Shown here piece by piece: positions 61,561-64,000 of a DNA stretch of 64,000 nucleotides; within the stretch, counting starts at the first letter, position 1, and every line of letters starts with the position of its first letter. The notes under the pieces were generated by a model. The model saw only the letters and a program-made list of their open reading frames with translations, did no database searches and was not told the origin of the DNA. Origin of the DNA: Laetmonice hystrix (lineage: Eukaryota); contig OZ249447.1 in NCBI GenBank assembly GCA_965235115.1, positions 18,352,001-18,416,000 of the forward strand, written 5' to 3'. The position numbers and the translations under genes were made by a program.

Positions 61561-64000
61561 CGTCCCTGGGTATGGGAGGAATGTGGGTGTAAGCTAGAAC
61601 ACCGCGCCCGCTGCCCTACCCTGACATTATCACACCAACCCAGGACACCTTGTCACAATTAGTGTGGACGGATTATCTTGTCATACGCACAGTGCAACCC
61701 CCTCCGCAATGCCTGAATCACAACAGAAGATGTTTTATTTTAGAATAATGCATTCTGAATTTATAATGAGAAACAGCCAAAGCGTTAACATGAATAATGC
61801 GTTATTCAATGAAGAAAGTTCTTGTCATTAACGGAATAAAATGAAGTGTTTGGTAGGAGGAGTTAATAATGCGCGGTCTAATTATTTTTTACTTTTGATT
61901 ATTGTTCATTTAAACACGAATCGATTTGCGCCAATTGCGCCAAGGTTGAAGCGGCATCAGCCCAGATAGTTCACCATTTGGTGACTTGGGTGTGCGACAG
62001 AAACATATGCGATAATAATTAGTGTGATACTTGGCCAGTTCCCAGACCCGCCATGCAAAATTGATCTAACTGGCATGACTCTTACCGCACATCATGGTGG
62101 CTTGAAGTCTGTAAGAGTTACGAGTGTTGCACTCGCCCGGTTTTTGCACCGTCAACCGTGCACCAGGGTGCAGCGATAAGTACCAAGTACATGTACACAC
62201 GGTGGAGTGTAAACGAGCAGCGCCCCGTTTTTCTGGCCTTGATACAGTGTATGTTTTATTTGAGGAAACTGGGCGTCAGGAGGGGCACCCTGAGCGTCTT
62301 GTGGAAAGCTGGCCCGAGAAATTGCATTTTTGGCGGTGGGGTCTCCTTGGAGGACATCTCAGCACATAGTGCAATCAGAGACATGCCATCGTCGTGATGC
62401 TGAGGCTCGCCGGGGCACAATTTGGTTATTTTGGCGGGGGAGAAGTGGGGCAGCGGGTGGTATGGGCGGGCTGGCGGTATGGGCGGGTGGGTGGGCTGGG
62501 TGTAGGCCCTATAGTGTTCAGCGGTAGGTGTGGAGCTCCAACAACCCGCTGTATAAGTATGGAAGGGGGGGGGGGGGGGAGTCAGGGTGGGGTCAGGAGG
62601 GAGGATCATACCATCAGTCAGAGTACTCCCAGCTGTAGGACATCATCCCCCCTGATCTACAACTATCGTCAGTCTGAAACAGAATGAAAATGGACAACCC
62701 AGGACAAGGGTTTCCCGGCCAAAGAGGAATTGAATATTTACCACTGGACACACATTGGAACTTTCAGTTTAATCGCATTTTGTTTTAGCTCTCCTTAAAA
62801 CTGACATAGCCTACATAACTTGATCAGGATAGACATATACCCGACGGTCAACTCAAAGGATAAGTTGATGGGAGCCTCTTCTACACGGTACAGAGGTTTG
62901 GGAGAGGAAAAAAGGTTGGAGTAGCCGAGAGATTATGATAATCTGAGATGAGAGGATGATGGATGAATTATATAATCCCAGAGGGCAATCCTCCCTGGGA
63001 TCAATCCACCCATTAAATGCAGGTCAAAAAGTGTTCGTTCTATGGACTCTGAAACACTGCCGCGGGTAAGAATACCCTGGGGTTGGAAGACCTCCGTCTT
63101 TCTTCAGATCATCATCCTGTCAAAGAAATCGGCAAAAAAAGGTGCTCATCTGGCTGGTCTCTCTGTGATACGAGAGAGGTTTAACCCTCAAGGAAGGCTC
63201 AGCCTTTACCCCCTCCCCCACCTCGAACACCCATCCCCTCGGAGCTCCCCCCCCCAAACTTCTCTCACTCGTCACATACTAAGTGTGGACGCTTGCCATT
63301 GCCTCAGAAATACCTGCTAAAGTATGTAATGGCCGACGTTTTTTCTTTGTTGACGAACTTTGATGTTTTTCATCCGAATTCTAGCAATTTGTTACATACC
63401 TATGGAGTTTCCATGACAACGGGGAAGTATGCACCTAAGATATCTGATGGTATGGGGACTGAACTCTTTATGAAGTAAGTTGGTGGTGGATGAAGAAAGC
63501 CAGCTGCCTCTAAGAGTGACGCTGATATGAGCGTGGGGTCATTTTTATATGTGGGAGGACCAAAGGCTTTTTTGCGATTGTTTTTGTTAACGAGAGTTTG
63601 GCAAAGTTTAGTTTCTGCATAACACTGATAACATTTGCTCTCATGTTGTAAGACGGAATATATGGGCCTGTATTTTTCTTTTGAAATGCACGGGCATCAG
63701 GGGTAACCCAATTACTTTGACAATGTCCCTAAAGAGAAAAGTTGTATAGTCCTCTACAGGAATCGAACCTCGGCCCTAAGATTACTGCACCCATTCGCAT
63801 AGCATAAGGTGTCGACATCCATGGTGTTTAGGCTCAGTGCATACATGCTGAGGGCATTGGGGTGGACTATAGAACCATTCATAGTCAGATTTTGAGAGTC
63901 AGTAATTAGATTAAATTGTGGAAAATTTAAAGCAAGCTAACCGTAGTAGTTTAGCTGCAGGGTACTCGAATCATCTTTCAGAGGTTCACGTCCCTGTAAT

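Overview
This is eukaryotic (metazoan, probably marine-invertebrate) genomic DNA; the species cannot be determined from the sequence. It is not prokaryotic: there is no operon, rRNA, intact tRNA or CRISPR array, and almost all ORFs in the supplied track are noise, repeat artefacts or antisense shadows of decayed retroelements. The only well-supported coding piece is a + strand exon at 55872-56024. It has a strong acceptor, an in-frame upstream stop, an ATG, a signal peptide (MLLRIQLQVILLVATVTCLLA-RKPPK) and a phase-1 GTAAGT donor, so it begins an unidentified secreted protein; I could not confidently place the next exon. The ~55 kb upstream looks like intron. It is packed with old CR1-like LINE remnants (mostly antisense), Bel/Pao-, Gypsy- and DIRS/Ngaro-like remnants, tRNA-derived SINEs, several MITE families and five minisatellites (49, 20, 41, 77/87 and 61 bp units). 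The most interesting signal is three near-consensus 3'SS+5'SS fusions on the + strand at 3211 (1-nt exon), 21491 and 42832 (0-nt), spaced about 18, 21 and 13 kb apart and ending at the signal-peptide exon. This is the architecture of recursive ('ratchet') splicing. The two largest minisatellites also carry sense-strand splice-donor or micro-exon-like cassettes in their units. All TE family calls come from by-eye translation of degenerate sequence and need HMM confirmation.
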